From Octopus sinensis (lineage: Eukaryota): a stretch of DNA of 64,000 nucleotides. The notes below the pieces were generated by a model. The model did no database searches and was not told the origin of the DNA. It saw only the letters and a list, made by a program, of their open reading frames with translations. Position numbers and translations under genes: made by a program. The stretch spans positions 57,722,001 to 57,786,000 of the forward strand of contig NC_043005.1 in NCBI RefSeq assembly GCF_006345805.1. The letters run 5' to 3'. Below, piece by piece: positions 50,198 to 62,738 of the stretch (positions are counted from its first letter, which is position 1; each line of letters begins with the position of its first letter).

Positions 50198-50263
50198 TCG
50201 AGCATAATTTGTGCGTATCCCCATCATCAGCTGCCCGAATGGATATCATGAAATGGATATCAT

Positions 50264-50858
50264 CAAACGTTTGACATCACTCGAAAAAGACATTTTCTTT
50301 GGATAGAAAATATAAACATATAGATTCCCTTACAGCTGTTTCTAGAATAGCCAAGCATGTGGATCATGATATTGAGTAAGGATTCCTTAAGCTGAGTATA
50401 CCATCATCAGAGAGGGAGAAGTCTGAGAGATGTAAAAATGTGGGAATATCTCCAGTCGAGGATATTAATATATTCCAGTTTGTCAAAAAACGAGGGAAGG
50501 ATCAGAGTAAGATAGGTATGCGTTGCATAGTTCCATGTTCAAATAAATAATACAGTTATAATTAATATCTATAAGCAGTTTCAAATGAGAGTGTTCGATG
50601 ATAATTCATGGCAAGGAATAATGGAAGTTACCAGTTCTAATTTTGAATAGAGAGTGAATGAGGGTTGAGTAGGAATATTATATTATAGTGTGGAAGAAAG
50701 AGAGACAACTCTAATGGCGGTATATCCAGCTTATGGAATCCTTACCCAATATCATGATCCACATGCTTGGCTATTCTAGAAACAGCTGTAAGGAACTCTA
50801 TATCGTTATATTCTCTATCTAAATTAAATGTCTTTTTCGAACGGTGCCAAACGTTTTG
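50264..50858. mobile_element. Foldback-type MITE with ~140-bp inverted arms
   Basis: 50264-50402 versus 50719-50858. The core TTACAGCTGTTTCTAGAATAGCCAAGCATGTGGATCATGATATTG is perfectly inverted. Confidence 0.75.
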
Positions 50859-50940
50859 CTTTTTCGTGTCTACTTTAATCTATATCTATGCACTCAATGA
50901 GAAACCACCTCTAACCACCTTCGATAGGCAGTCTCAACAT

Positions 50941-51261
50941 CAGGGCTGGCCAACCCGAGGCCTGCGAGCCGCATGCGGCCCGCAAACTCTTGTCTGATAC
51001 TTTCTTGAAATGGGCTTATTTAAAGATACATTTTAATAATTTTATCAAAAAATTAAAGATTGCAGTGAAAAGTAAAAAAAGAAACATATTACTGTTTTTA
51101 CAACGATAATATTTCATGTTTAATCAACGATCTTTCATTCATTATTGTAATAATAGCATGAGAAAGCAAAATACTTTCCATTCTGTCACTATACAAGCGG
51201 CCCTCAAAAAACTTTCTGTGATTAAAGTGGCCCGCAATGTAATTCGAGTTGGCCAGGCCTG
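50941..51261. mobile_element. hAT MITE with 8-bp TSD
   Basis: TIRs CAGGGCTGGCCAAC / GTTGGCCAGGCCTG. CTCAACAT is duplicated at 50933-50940 and 51262-51269. Confidence 0.92.
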
Positions 51262-52523
51262 CTCAACATCACACTTTCCAGTTGCCGTTCAAGCCGGAGT
51301 TTAAGTGGTAAACCAAACGGAGCACTCATAGTACATACCTATTACTTTACATCAGCTGACGATATAATTAAAACAATTAATTAATAAGATGTCCTAACTA
51401 CAAGCACACTAAATAATCCATTATAATTAAACGGCCAACGAGCCTGTTACTTGGAAAGAACTCAAATTACCCTTAATCATAGAATAAATAAATACGCATA
51501 CACACGCGTTGGCATCGGAATGGAATTGAGAAGTTCACTTCGCAGCCATAGACTTTTTGGAGGTTCATAATAAACTGTGCGGCATATGGTCCCTGGTGTT
51601 GATTTGTATACGACCCGTAAGAACTGACAGGGGTACTAAACTTAAGGAAGCCAATATCGGTGTAGATTTCCAGTAAATGAAACCAATAAAAAAAAAAGTA
51701 CACGCAAACACAGACGCGCACGCGCGTATGTATGCGTGCGTGTGCGTAAACAGACCACCCACATTAATGTATGTCCCTTATGACAGTTATTGGATAAACC
51801 GGGCGACTTTAGAGTCATTGGCGGTATTAAATTCCATTGTGATTAATGAGTGTTACCGTTGAGTTACCCTGTAATTTTCTTTGATATTTCAGTACATGAG
51901 GCAACTTTCAACGTCGTAGCTTACATCATGGTTTCAATAAAGTAATTGTTTCTAATAATATAATAACGATAATAATTCAGCTTGTTTTTTTCTGTGGCGT
52001 ATGTTTGTAAAAGTAATGGTATTAGAAAGCAAACAGTTTCAAACGTTTCAAACGAAGGCCATCGAAAAATTGACTGAATTTCTTGTAATAATTTCAAACG
52101 AAAACGAAAATACAAAATGGCTTAAATACATAAGATTTTTCATCTGATAAACAGCTCTGGACATCTTGACATGAAATTCACTTCAAAAGTCAAGAGAGAA
52201 AACTTACTTAAAAGATGTAAAACAAGGGGAATAACTCCCTAAGTTTCACGATGCAGGGAGTTAACAAAATAGAAAAGTTTGATCTAACGGTATAAGTACT
52301 TGGATGAGACAAAAAGTGTTATGCGCAAATGCAAACATGATGATTACTTTCGTCTTGACAGATGCTATCCGTTCCACATATTGTGAGACATCCGTACGTC
52401 ATTGGATTTAACAGCCATCCATCCGTCTGTCCGTCCATGTATGTATGTATGTATGTATGTATGTATGTATGTATGTATGTACGTACGTATTTATGTATGT
52501 ATGTATGTATGTATTATGTATAC

Positions 52524-52939
52524 GTGCAGATCTGTATGTTTCGTTTTATGTACGTATTCTCATGCATATAGTTGCATGTCTAAATATGCTCGTATATACT
52601 TAAATGATTAACTTCTAGAAAGTTTGACAATTTTTTTACAGTTCTAGTGATGGATTTGATCTACAGTCGTCGAACCAGCTTTCTCCTTTCTAGTTTTGAG
52701 AAGCTTAATATCTCAAAATTGATACTTAGGCAGTCAGTTACATATCTCAGGGCCCCAATAATTACAGGTATAATCCCGAACTTGTAATCTGGATAGTGTA
52801 GCTATAGATTCCTCAATAGTTCAGCCTGGGTATTTTCTTTTTCGCTGATCTTTAGCTGTATGTTAACGTCCGCTGGGCGGCTGATTTCCACAACTGTACG
52901 CAATTTCTCTTCTCTACCCTAAATTACAACATCAGGTCT
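52524..52939 (-). mobile_element. Second, shorter 5'-truncated copy of the R4/Dong-like LINE
   Basis: Co-linear with 1581-~1990 (RLE C-terminus plus 3' UTR), with (TATG)n on both sides. Confidence 0.85.
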
Positions 52940-53106
52940 ATGCATACATGTATGTATGTATGTATGTATGTATGTATGTATGTATGTATGTATGTATGTA
53001 TGTATAAGGCAGTTGGATGAATAAGATGAAACCTAGCCACCTGAACCTTGGGCTATATATGCTGTCTAATACTACTCCGTAATATTTTGCAACAGTTGAC
53101 AATAAT

Positions 53107-53391
53107 GGGCATATGGCGTAGTGGTTAAGAGCGCGGGCTACTAACCCCAAGATTCCGAGTTCGATTCCAGGCAGTAACCTGAATAATAATAATTATAATA
53201 ATAATAATAATATTAATAACATCGAAAAATACCTTAGGAATGAGAACCCAGGTTCGAAATTTCCCTAAGACACCTGATGAAGGCTGGAGTGTATATCAGC
53301 CGAAACGTTGTGTTAACAAACAAGATGAGGACAAATATCCGTCAAATATAAATAATGTAAATAATGTACATAATTCCTCATTTCTTAAAAT
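53107..53391 (+). mobile_element. tRNA-headed SINE-like unit with (AAT)n spacer and minimal hammerhead, copy 1
   Basis: A box TGGCGTAGTGG and B box GAGTTCGATTCC. The segment AAGATTCCGAGTTCGATTCCAGGC resembles the tRNA-Arg T arm (from memory). Confidence 0.8.
53269..53314 (+). ncRNA. Minimal type I hammerhead ribozyme
   Basis: GACAC-CTGATGA-A-GGCTG-(10 nt)-CAGCC-GAA-ACGT-T-GTGTT. Stem I is 5 bp, stem II 5 bp, stem III is the palindrome ACGT, and the site is GUU. Confidence 0.75.
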
Positions 53392-53397
53392 GCCCAC

Positions 53398-53468
53398 GGG
53401 CATATAACATAGTGGTTAAGAGCACGGGCTACTGACCCCAAGATTCCAAGATCGATTCCAGGCAATAA

Positions 53469-53516
<48 letters not shown>

Positions 53517-53660
53517 CAACAACATCAAAAAATTCCTTAGGAATGGGACCCTAGGTTCGAAATTTCCTCAAGACATGATGAAGGCTAGAAGGTATATCAG
53601 CTGAAACGTGTTAGCAACAAACAAGATGAGGACAAATATCCATTGAATATAATTTATATA
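53398..53660 (+). mobile_element. tRNA-headed SINE-like unit, copy 2 (hammerhead core damaged)
   Basis: Co-linear with copy 1. It reads GACATGATGAAGGCT...AGCTGAAACGTGTT, with the core C and the cleavage nucleotide lost. Confidence 0.75.
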
Positions 53661-55803
53661 ATTTTCTGTTTGGCAAATAAGGACGACATTCTAACAATTA
53701 CTGAAACGTTGTAGTCTGGTTCTTACTGTTGATAATTTACTGTTCCAATTACAGTTATTGCTCCAGTAGTTATTGTTCTCATGCGCGATCCCAGGAATTT
53801 TTTCGAAGAGAGGGCACAAGGTCAGAAGGGAGTACAACTCCAGGAGAAAAGGGCGTAATAACATTATTTAGAAGGGAGCACTTCTTTTCTCGTGTGGAGC
53901 ACGTGCCCCTCAGCCCCCACCCTTGATCCGCCCCTGGTTCCTGCACTAGCGCTTGTACTATGGCTATCGAGATTTTCGTGACCTAGAATGGTAAACAATT
54001 AATACTTGATTAATTTTCCTCTGAACTCTATTAGTATCAGGCAACATTATTTTGACTATGTTATTTCACGTTGCTCTTATTATTATTGAATTCACTAAAC
54101 GCTTCCTCAACCGCAATGTGCTTCATTTAACAAATTAAGATTTATTATTACACGATACTAAGGCTGGTAGAATCGTTAGCACGTCGGCCTTGGCTTGACT
54201 TTCCATCGGTTACGACAAAGAGGGTTCCAGTTCATCCGATTACCGGAACATCCTGCTCGTGAAATTAACGTACAAGTGGCCGAGCAATCCACAGACACGT
54301 GGGCCCTTAACGGATTTCTTAGGGAGATTCACTCTGACACAGAATGTGGCAAGGCTGGCCCTTTAAATTAAAGTACAACTCATTTTTGCCTGCTCAGTGG
54401 ACTGGTGCAACGTGAAATAAAGTGGCTTGCTCAAGGACAAGACGTACCGTTAGGAATCGAACTCGCAACTTTAGAAACGTGAGCTGAATGCGATAACCAC
54501 TAAGCTAGCACGTCGGACAAAATACTTAGCGAAATTTCTTCCGGCTCTTTACATTCAGCGTTCAAATTTCGCCAGGGTCGACTTAACTTTTCTTCTATTC
54601 TGAGTCGTTGAAAGTGAGTAAAAGTTTAAAACTGGGGTAGATGCAGTCGATTTGACCATCCCTCAAAATTGATGGTCTTGCGCCAAAATTAGAAAGAATT
54701 CAAATTTATTCTATTTTTCCTTATCTCCTTTCATTTTCCAGATTATCGTTAGAGCGTTAGTTAAAATGATATAAAATGATTTTGCAGTGTTTTTATCGGT
54801 CTCTTTAGATTCTGAATTCAAATCCCGCTGTGGTCAAGTTTGCTTTTCATCTTTTTTTGGAATTGGTAAAAAAAAAAGTGCTAGTCAAGAACTGGAGTGG
54901 ATTTAATTGACTTCCAATCTATGATTATATGGAATGGGCTAAAAATGGCACAACAAATAAAACCACATCTTCGCTCAAACTAGAGGCTCTAACAACAAGT
55001 AATATCAAACAATAATATCTGTAACAATTTACCAACACACATAGACAAAGGCGCGCGCACACACACACGCGCGCGCGCGCACACACATGCACACACACAC
55101 ACACACGCACATTCTCGCACTCATCTAATATTTCGTTCATTCATCTACACACGTTCTTTCTCGCGCTAAAAGGGAACCCTATTTAAGGGTACAACGTAAC
55201 ACACACACACACACATACAAAAACACACGTAAACACCCATACAAACACACGCACGCACACACACAGAACCACACACGCACGTCTCTCACACACACGTAAA
55301 CACCCACACAAACACACACATACACACGTATACACAAGGAATACTTAAAGGGAAGTTAGCAGTGAAGTTTCTCCGCCGTTCAGCGAAGTAAATTCGTTGA
55401 TTAATCGACTGGATTACCTCCCTTTGAATTGTGTAAGTGACCCAGTATTATGGATACACTTTCTCAACATAATCCTCAGACAGAATCAGAAAGATACATT
55501 GAGTGTGATAAGATCGTACTTTTAAGAATTACATCTACAGTTCATCCGATGGGCTTCCGTAGTTTCCGTCCACCCTGTTTTCACCCACAAAATACGAATC
55601 GACCCGAGACTAAAGAAAATGATATTCGCCCAAGATGCCAAGCCGTAGAATCAAACCCAAGAACTCGTGGTTGTGAAGCGAACTATGAGCGAATGATGGT
55701 TAATTCGGTCGTACTGCGCCTGAAATTTACATTTCGTGTAAAGAGACCAACATATTCAGACGAGAGAGAGAGAGAGAGAGAGAGGGGGAGAGAGAGAGAG
55801 AGA

Positions 55804-55845
<42 letters not shown>

Positions 55846-56497
55846 TACTAATATCCGACTTCTATAGATATACAGGAAAGAAGAATTTCAAAGAGGAGGG
55901 GGGAATCATGATCAATGGAAGGGAAGTAACTCCTGTTTTAGTCAATTTCAGTTTTAGACGCATGTTGTCGTCGTCGTTGTGATTTTGCCGTCGCACCTTC
56001 ATTAGTGTCTTTGCTACTGTTCTTTAACCCCAGATCAGTTGTGACCCTACATATTCTAGTCAAAGGAATTCCAGCCAAAAACAATCCTGTTATTTTCCAT
56101 TTTATTTTTTATTACGTCATAACTTTATTTTTGGCGATGGGATGTAATACAGTTGATTTGGTTGCTATTTCTAAAAATTTTGAGTGGTTGCGTCATGGTT
56201 TTTCTTATTAGATACTTTTTGTGTTTCACTCTTTTACTTGCTTCGGTCATTGATCTGGGGCCATGCCGAGGCACTATTTTGAAGGATTTTAGTTCATCAT
56301 ACCAGTCTTAGTACTTATTTTTTGTTCTTTTTTTTAAAGTCTGGTACCTATTTTATCAATCTTTGTCGGACCACTAAGTTGCGGGATATGACCACAGTAT
56401 TTTTTTACCAGCAGTGTACCGTCAGGACAGACATAAGGATAGACATGTGAACACACACACGCGCGCGCTCATACATATACTTACATTTATATACATA

Positions 56498-56525
56498 CTA
56501 GCAGCTAAGCCCGGTTTCACCCGAT
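56498..56525 (-). mobile_element. Helitron 3' terminus
   Basis: Minus strand reads CGGGTGAAACCGGG, then cttagctg, then CTAG followed by T. Confidence 0.55.
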
Positions 56526-57339
56526 CACTTTGGATGATGTGGCTGTAAAACCTGTTCTCAGTAAGCATTCGGCTTGCTTGGGTACGTTTACGTTAAAAAA
56601 CAATTTTAGAGTGACTTTTTCTGTCAAAATGCAAAAAATAACTGACTAACAAAAAAAAAACAACAACCAAGATTCAACCAAATCAAAAAATAAACCCAAA
56701 TACTAAGAGAACAAAGATGAACCATCCCACTTCCATGGCGCGCGCGCACGCACACACACACATATACACACAAACACACACACACACATTCACATACCCC
56801 CTTTTACATACACACATATATTTATACAGTTGAAACGCTGTTTGATTTATTTTTTCACCGTACAATTTTCATCATCCCACTACCAAGTATGACATTACCC
56901 CTTCCCTCCTTATTCATCTATCACCCCTCCCTTTCTCATTCATAAACACATGAGTATTATTATACTAGATTATCACGGTAACCATGGGAGCTATGAAAAA
57001 AATACAAAGCCCAGCATCACCACCGGATCATTCTACAGATCTGTAATTTTTCGTTCAATTCCACCCAGCCGTTTGACCGTGAATCCCAAGACAAGAAAGA
57101 ATCGCCCATGTCAAATTTATATGTATAGATATTACGGCGTTTCTGTCGACCATTTTCGCTCATAATCGTCAGCACGTGACTATTGTAGAGGACAATTGTC
57201 CAAGATGCTACATAATGGAACCGAACACGAAACCACGTAGTGGAACCGAACGCGAAACCACGTAGGTGGAAGTGAACTTCGCAACCACATAACCATGCTT
57301 GCACCGAGCTAAGGATCGTGTAGGTTTCTCAAACAGTCA

Positions 57340-57830
57340 CCGATGTAAGGCAATAACTCAACTGGACCTTGCTTAACTTGTTGATCGAATGAGAACCGGT
57401 GCTTTCAACGTGATATGGCCTTACGTTGATTCGTTTTAATTGTAATTTGATTGATACGAGTGGAGAAGTTTAACTATCCCAGCGCTGTATTTAGGAATGA
57501 TGGAATGTGGGAGGCTGAAATGGATGCTAAAATTGCAGGTACTGGCGTAGTGATGCGCTGGCTACAGTTTCGATACTCAGGAGAGGAAAGGTTGGTAAAC
57601 AAATCCAAACTTGCCAGCTTTAATTTTGTTTTTGTGCCTAGGGAATTTTGACTAACAACCGAAAGAGTATGAAAGCAAATAGAAGTGGATGGAATGGGGT
57701 TCTTCTGGTGGATCTTTGAAGTTATGTTACTCAACAGGGTACATAGCTCTGAGGTCAGGAAGTCTTTCCAGTTCGACTCCTACTTCTTCGCGTTCAGAGG
57801 TCACAGCTCTGGTGCTGCAGACCTTTGATT
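57340..57830 (+). mobile_element. Old RTE (Rex3/Expander-like) LINE fragment
   Basis: VEKFNY...FRNDG..E.EMDAKI, then TERV.KQIE..GMGF...RVHSSEVRK...LLLRVQRSQL across frameshifts. Confidence 0.55.
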
Positions 57831-58379
57831 AGACTGTTTACTGGAAAGAATCGCAAAATGGATTCTGCAAGCCAAACCAACTGGCAGGAGACCCAGGAGG
57901 TAATCAAGAATGAGTTAGTCATACTTGGGAATGTAGCCGAAAAGTTCAATGCCGATTACTTTGATAGGACTCTACGGAGGATTCTAATCCCACAACCCCA
58001 CGAAGAATAGTGGACGGGGAAGATAGAAGGAAGGATTGATGGATGGATGGATGGATTGATGGATGGATGGAAAAGAGGATAAATAACAACAGTGAGGCAA
58101 ATGATTATCAAGATAGACTGGAGGTCGTACAGTGGTGAGAGATATTGTCGATTAGGAGGCATTCCCCGCTTGGAGGTAGCTGAACGATCCGAGAGTGTAA
58201 CTGAATCGGTCTCCCCTTGCGGCTCACGATGCGTTTTCATTTATTGATGTTTTTGTAATATACCAATACGATTTAATTTATATTTCCATGACAGCACATA
58301 CATTGATGTAGCTTGGAGATTGTTAGCAATCTGCTCCCTGGATTGGCTCTTGAATTATTTTTTTCCATCCGTGAGAAAC

Positions 58380-58810
58380 ACAAAACACACACGAAACATA
58401 ATACACACACATACACACACACACACACACACACATACACAAACACACACACACAAACACACACACAAGCACACACACACATACACAAACACACACACAC
58501 AAACACACACACGCAGGCGCACACACACACACACAAACACACACACGCAGGCACACACACACACACAAACACACACACGCAGGCACACACACACACACAC
58601 ACACGCGCACAAACACACACACAAACACAAGCACACACACACGCACACTCACAAACAAGCACACACATAAACACACATGCAAATACACACACACACACGC
58701 ACACACGCACGAACATACACACACAAACACACACACGTACACCCACCCACACAAACACACACACACACACGTACACCCACCCACACACACACACCCACAC
58801 ACATACATGT
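58380..58810. repeat. Degenerate (CA)n tract
   Basis: Direct reading. Confidence 0.95.
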
Positions 58811-58945
58811 ATTATGCACAAAGTTTCCCCTTTCTTCAAAAAGTGCTCCCCTGCTTGGATTGTTCTCTTCACCTCTTTCAATCTACGCTAGCGGGAACAC
58901 ATCCTGTAATATCTCACTTGACGACCTCCCACTTAGTAACACCAT

Positions 58946-59016
<71 letters not shown>

Positions 59017-59394
59017 TTAATATACTTATATATATATATATATATATATATTTCCAGCTATAAGAATAAAAACATTAAATTAATTGTAGAAAGGAAATAT
59101 TATGCTAATCATTCTTAATGATTGCTCTAACATATAAATTACCACAATGCACCTCAAGGATGTGCGCATGAGTGTTTGCTTTTTTTAGTAATTTCTTTTG
59201 ATTTGCATATTAACGTTGTGTGAACATAATTTTAAAATTCTCTCCGCTACTCGTTCGTCTTAAAATTCTTCAAATACAAATCAGTAATTGAAACGGTATT
59301 TAAAAAAAAAAAAAGCCGAAGTAGATCGAACGATTGAAACATCACTTTGTTTCTTTACTCCCAAATGATTCGAAGAAGTATTTTCAAATATTAA

Positions 59395-59429
<35 letters not shown>

Positions 59430-59436
59430 TAAAAAA

Positions 59437-60065
59437 TGGTGCGGCTGTATGGTAAGAAGCTTGCTTCTTAATCACGTGGTTCCGGGTTCAATTCCACTGC
59501 GTGGCATCTTAAGGCAAATGTCTTCTACTATAACATTGGGCCAGCCAAAACCTTGTCAGTGGATTTGGTAGACTGAAACTGAAAAGAGCTCGACCTTCGA
59601 AACGTGAAGTAGATGAAATTAAGGCGACTGAAGAAGGGGAATTTCCCTTGTTTTGTATGTCCTGTACTCTATTTTTTCGTTGTTTTAAAAAAATGTCCAT
59701 TTCCTTGGTTTTGTGTTTATGTTTTCGTTTCTCATTGTGTTCGACGTTTTTTGGTGTCCTGTACCCATATATGCATGTATATACATGTAGAGGTAGGTAC
59801 GTACATATATGTATGTATATATGCATATATTTTATATATATATTATATATATATATATATATATATCTGTGTGTGTGCGCCTGTGTTTGTCTCCCCGCCA
59901 TCGCTTGACAACCGATGCTAGTATGATTATCTCTCCGTAAAAGAGACCAATAGCATAAGTACTAGGCTTACAAAGAATAAGTCCTGGGGTTGATTTCTTC
60001 GACTACAACCTTTTAAGGCGGTGCTCCAGCATGGCCGCTGTCAAATGACTGAAACAAGTAAAAGA
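59437..60065 (+). mobile_element. SINE family B interrupted by a ~200-bp pLTR-like insert (~59585-59790)
   Basis: The head matches family B up to GACTGAAACTGAAA. Foreign sequence containing TTCGAAACGT and CTGAAGAAGGGG follows, then the 3' half resumes after the microsatellite. Confidence 0.75.
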
Positions 60066-60224
60066 ATAAAATAATAATAAAAAAAAAAAGACGATTTTCG
60101 AGGTTTCAGATTGAAATTTCGAACCAAGAAGAACATTTGCTCAAGATGAAAATATATTTCCCGTTTCACTATTCTGAAATTTATACAGGAAAGAAACATT
60201 CTTTTCTACTCTTGGCACGTGGCC

Positions 60225-60780
60225 CAAAATTTTTGGGGAAGGGGTCAGTCGATTAGATCGACCCCAGTACGCAACTGGTACTTACTTTACCGACCCCGAA
60301 AGGATGAAAGGCAAAGTCAACTTCAGCGGAGTTTGAACTCAGAACGTAGCGACAGACGTAATACCTATTTCTTTACTACCCACAAGGGACCAAACACAGA
60401 GGGGACAAACGAGGATAGACAAACAGATTAAGTCGATTACATCGACCCCAGTGCGTAATTGCTACTTATTTAATCGACCCCGAAAGGATGAAAGGCAAAG
60501 TCGACCTCAGCGGAATTTGAATTCAGAACGTAAAGACAGACGAAATACCTATTTCTTTACTACCCACAAGGGGCTAAACACAGAGAGGACAAACAAGGAC
60601 AGACAAAGGGATTAAGTCGATTATATCGAGTCCAGTGCGTAACTGGCACTTAATTTATCGACCCCGAAAGGATGAAAGGCAAAGTCGACCTCGACGGAAT
60701 TTGAACTCAGAACGTAACAGCAGACGAAATACGGCTACGCAATTAGCCCGGCTTGCTAACGTTTCTGCCAGCTCGCCGCC
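60225..60780 (-). mobile_element. SINE family A concatemer (one headed copy plus two head-less units)
   Basis: Three tandem tcgaccccgaaaggatgaaaggcaaagtc units ~180 bp apart. Confidence 0.85.
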
Positions 60781-61473
60781 AGAAAAGAAGTAGATTAAAA
60801 AAGTGAACAAAGAACTCTTGGTACATTCCTGAAAAAGAAAAAAAAAAGAGAGTCTCTTACTTCAATTGGATCTAGTACATAGGGCAAATAAATAAATAAA
60901 CAAACTAGATTATCTTTTCTTTTATCTCTTGCTTAAGCCATCGACTGCATTCGTCTCCATCCCCTGTTGTCTTGACCTGGTCTTGCCACTGGGCTGGAGT
61001 TGGCCACTGGCGGGAGGGTGATATCGACGGAGAGCAACTCTTCACTTTAAACAAAGCCAGTGCACAAGTCATCAGTTATCCGTCATCCAGGATGACTAGA
61101 CGTTCATCATTGTTCCGACGGACGAACCTGCCTCGTCAGTTCGATTATAAGGTACTTTTAACGCTGAAAATCCCTTTAGGTGTTTCTTGAAGCCTTGGAT
61201 GGCAGCATAAACCACCAGAGCTCAATATCGACCAATATGAGACAAGAAAAGCGCTATGGATTTGCTGCAAAAGCGAAAGAACCAGAAGTTTGAGGAACCT
61301 CTAGATTTAACCAATTGTAGAGGCACCGCCTTGAAGGATTTTAGTCAAACGAATCGCACCCAGTACTTATTTTTTCTAAGACTTGTACTTACTCTATCGC
61401 TCGAACTGCTAATGCACCAACACCGGTTGTCAAGCGGTGGTGGTGAACTAAAGCAAAGACACACACCTGCGTG

Positions 61474-61541
<68 letters not shown>

Positions 61542-61648
61542 ATACCGGAGAAAACACATAAATGTGAAACAAGGTGGAAAAAAGAGTACTCAAATACCAG
61601 TGGTAGAGTAATATGCTTATTTTAAGCAGCAGAAAATTCAACCAAAAT

Positions 61649-61686
61649 CTGTTACTCTGAGTTTCTCGTTGCCGTTCATCAGACAG
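61649..61686 (-). ncRNA. Minimal type I hammerhead of PLE family 2
   Basis: CTGT-CTGATGA-A-CG-GCAA-CG-A-GAA-ACTC-A-GAGT-A-ACAG. The site is GUA, with an A.A mismatch at the base of stem II. Confidence 0.65.
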
Positions 61687-62738
61687 TTTTTGTTAGAATG
61701 GAACTGATATATCAATTCAATCTATACTCTTACAAACGCTACACCTTTAAAAAGAAATGGACTTGTTTGATTGGCCCTTTAGAAAAACGGTCAATCTTCG
61801 AGCGATAAACAAAAAGGTCAAAGATATATGTATATATATATAAAAAACTTATAAAAATTATATAAAAAACTTATAAAAATTATAAAATCCGAGGAAAAAC
61901 CATGACGTTAATGAAGACAGTGCAAATTAATGCATAGAAATTAAACCTGTTATAAATACTGCAATACATATTTATATTAAAATCTACATATATATATCAA
62001 CATACACAAAAGGATGCGCGTAAACGCCATACATACATATACAGACGTATGAATATGAATCTAAATATACACATAAAAGCATGTGTACATATATTCACGC
62101 AAACCGTCTCGCACGCAAGCTAAAATTCATCTATGTAGCAATTCTCATATACTGGGCAAGGAGGGGGAACGAAAGAAAGGGAGAGAGAGAAAAAAGAAAC
62201 GAAGGAGGGGTGGGGAAAAAAACGAAATAAGCAGTGTAACGATGTTATTGGCATCTATAGAGGCCAATATACATACACAAGTTTGAATGGATACATATAC
62301 ATACCGTCGTGTATATGTGTGCTTAAGCACAAACATACTTTCACTTACACATACACAGATACGCATGCTTACAAATACATATGCTTTGCTATACACATAC
62401 TTATATAAACATTCTAATTTTGACAACATTGCTTTTTTTAAAAAAACATTGCTTTTAAAAATGGGTGCATTAATAAAAATATACACGAAAGACATAAAAT
62501 AAAATATAACTCCTATTTTGGGTCATTATAAATAATCAAGGTAATATAAATAATCAAGGTAATCCTATGCAATACAATAACATGAAAACAAAGTTTGTAG
62601 GTTTTTCCTAATATATGTAGAAACATAAGACTTTGCTATACGGATTAAGATCCACGTAGCTTGGAAACAGAATCCAAATTCATCGTAGCGCTCAAGAGTC
62701 AAAATCAAAATCAAAATCAAAAATACAAAATATATACT

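Noticed and set aside
53107-53180. Functional tRNA gene
   Set aside because: The acceptor stem does not pair, there is no oligo-T terminator, and the head is embedded in a repeated composite unit. The same applies to the other SINE heads.
57956-58240. Possible RT fragment (PQGETDSVTL...YLSPLYD)
   Set aside because: Too degenerate to call without a search.
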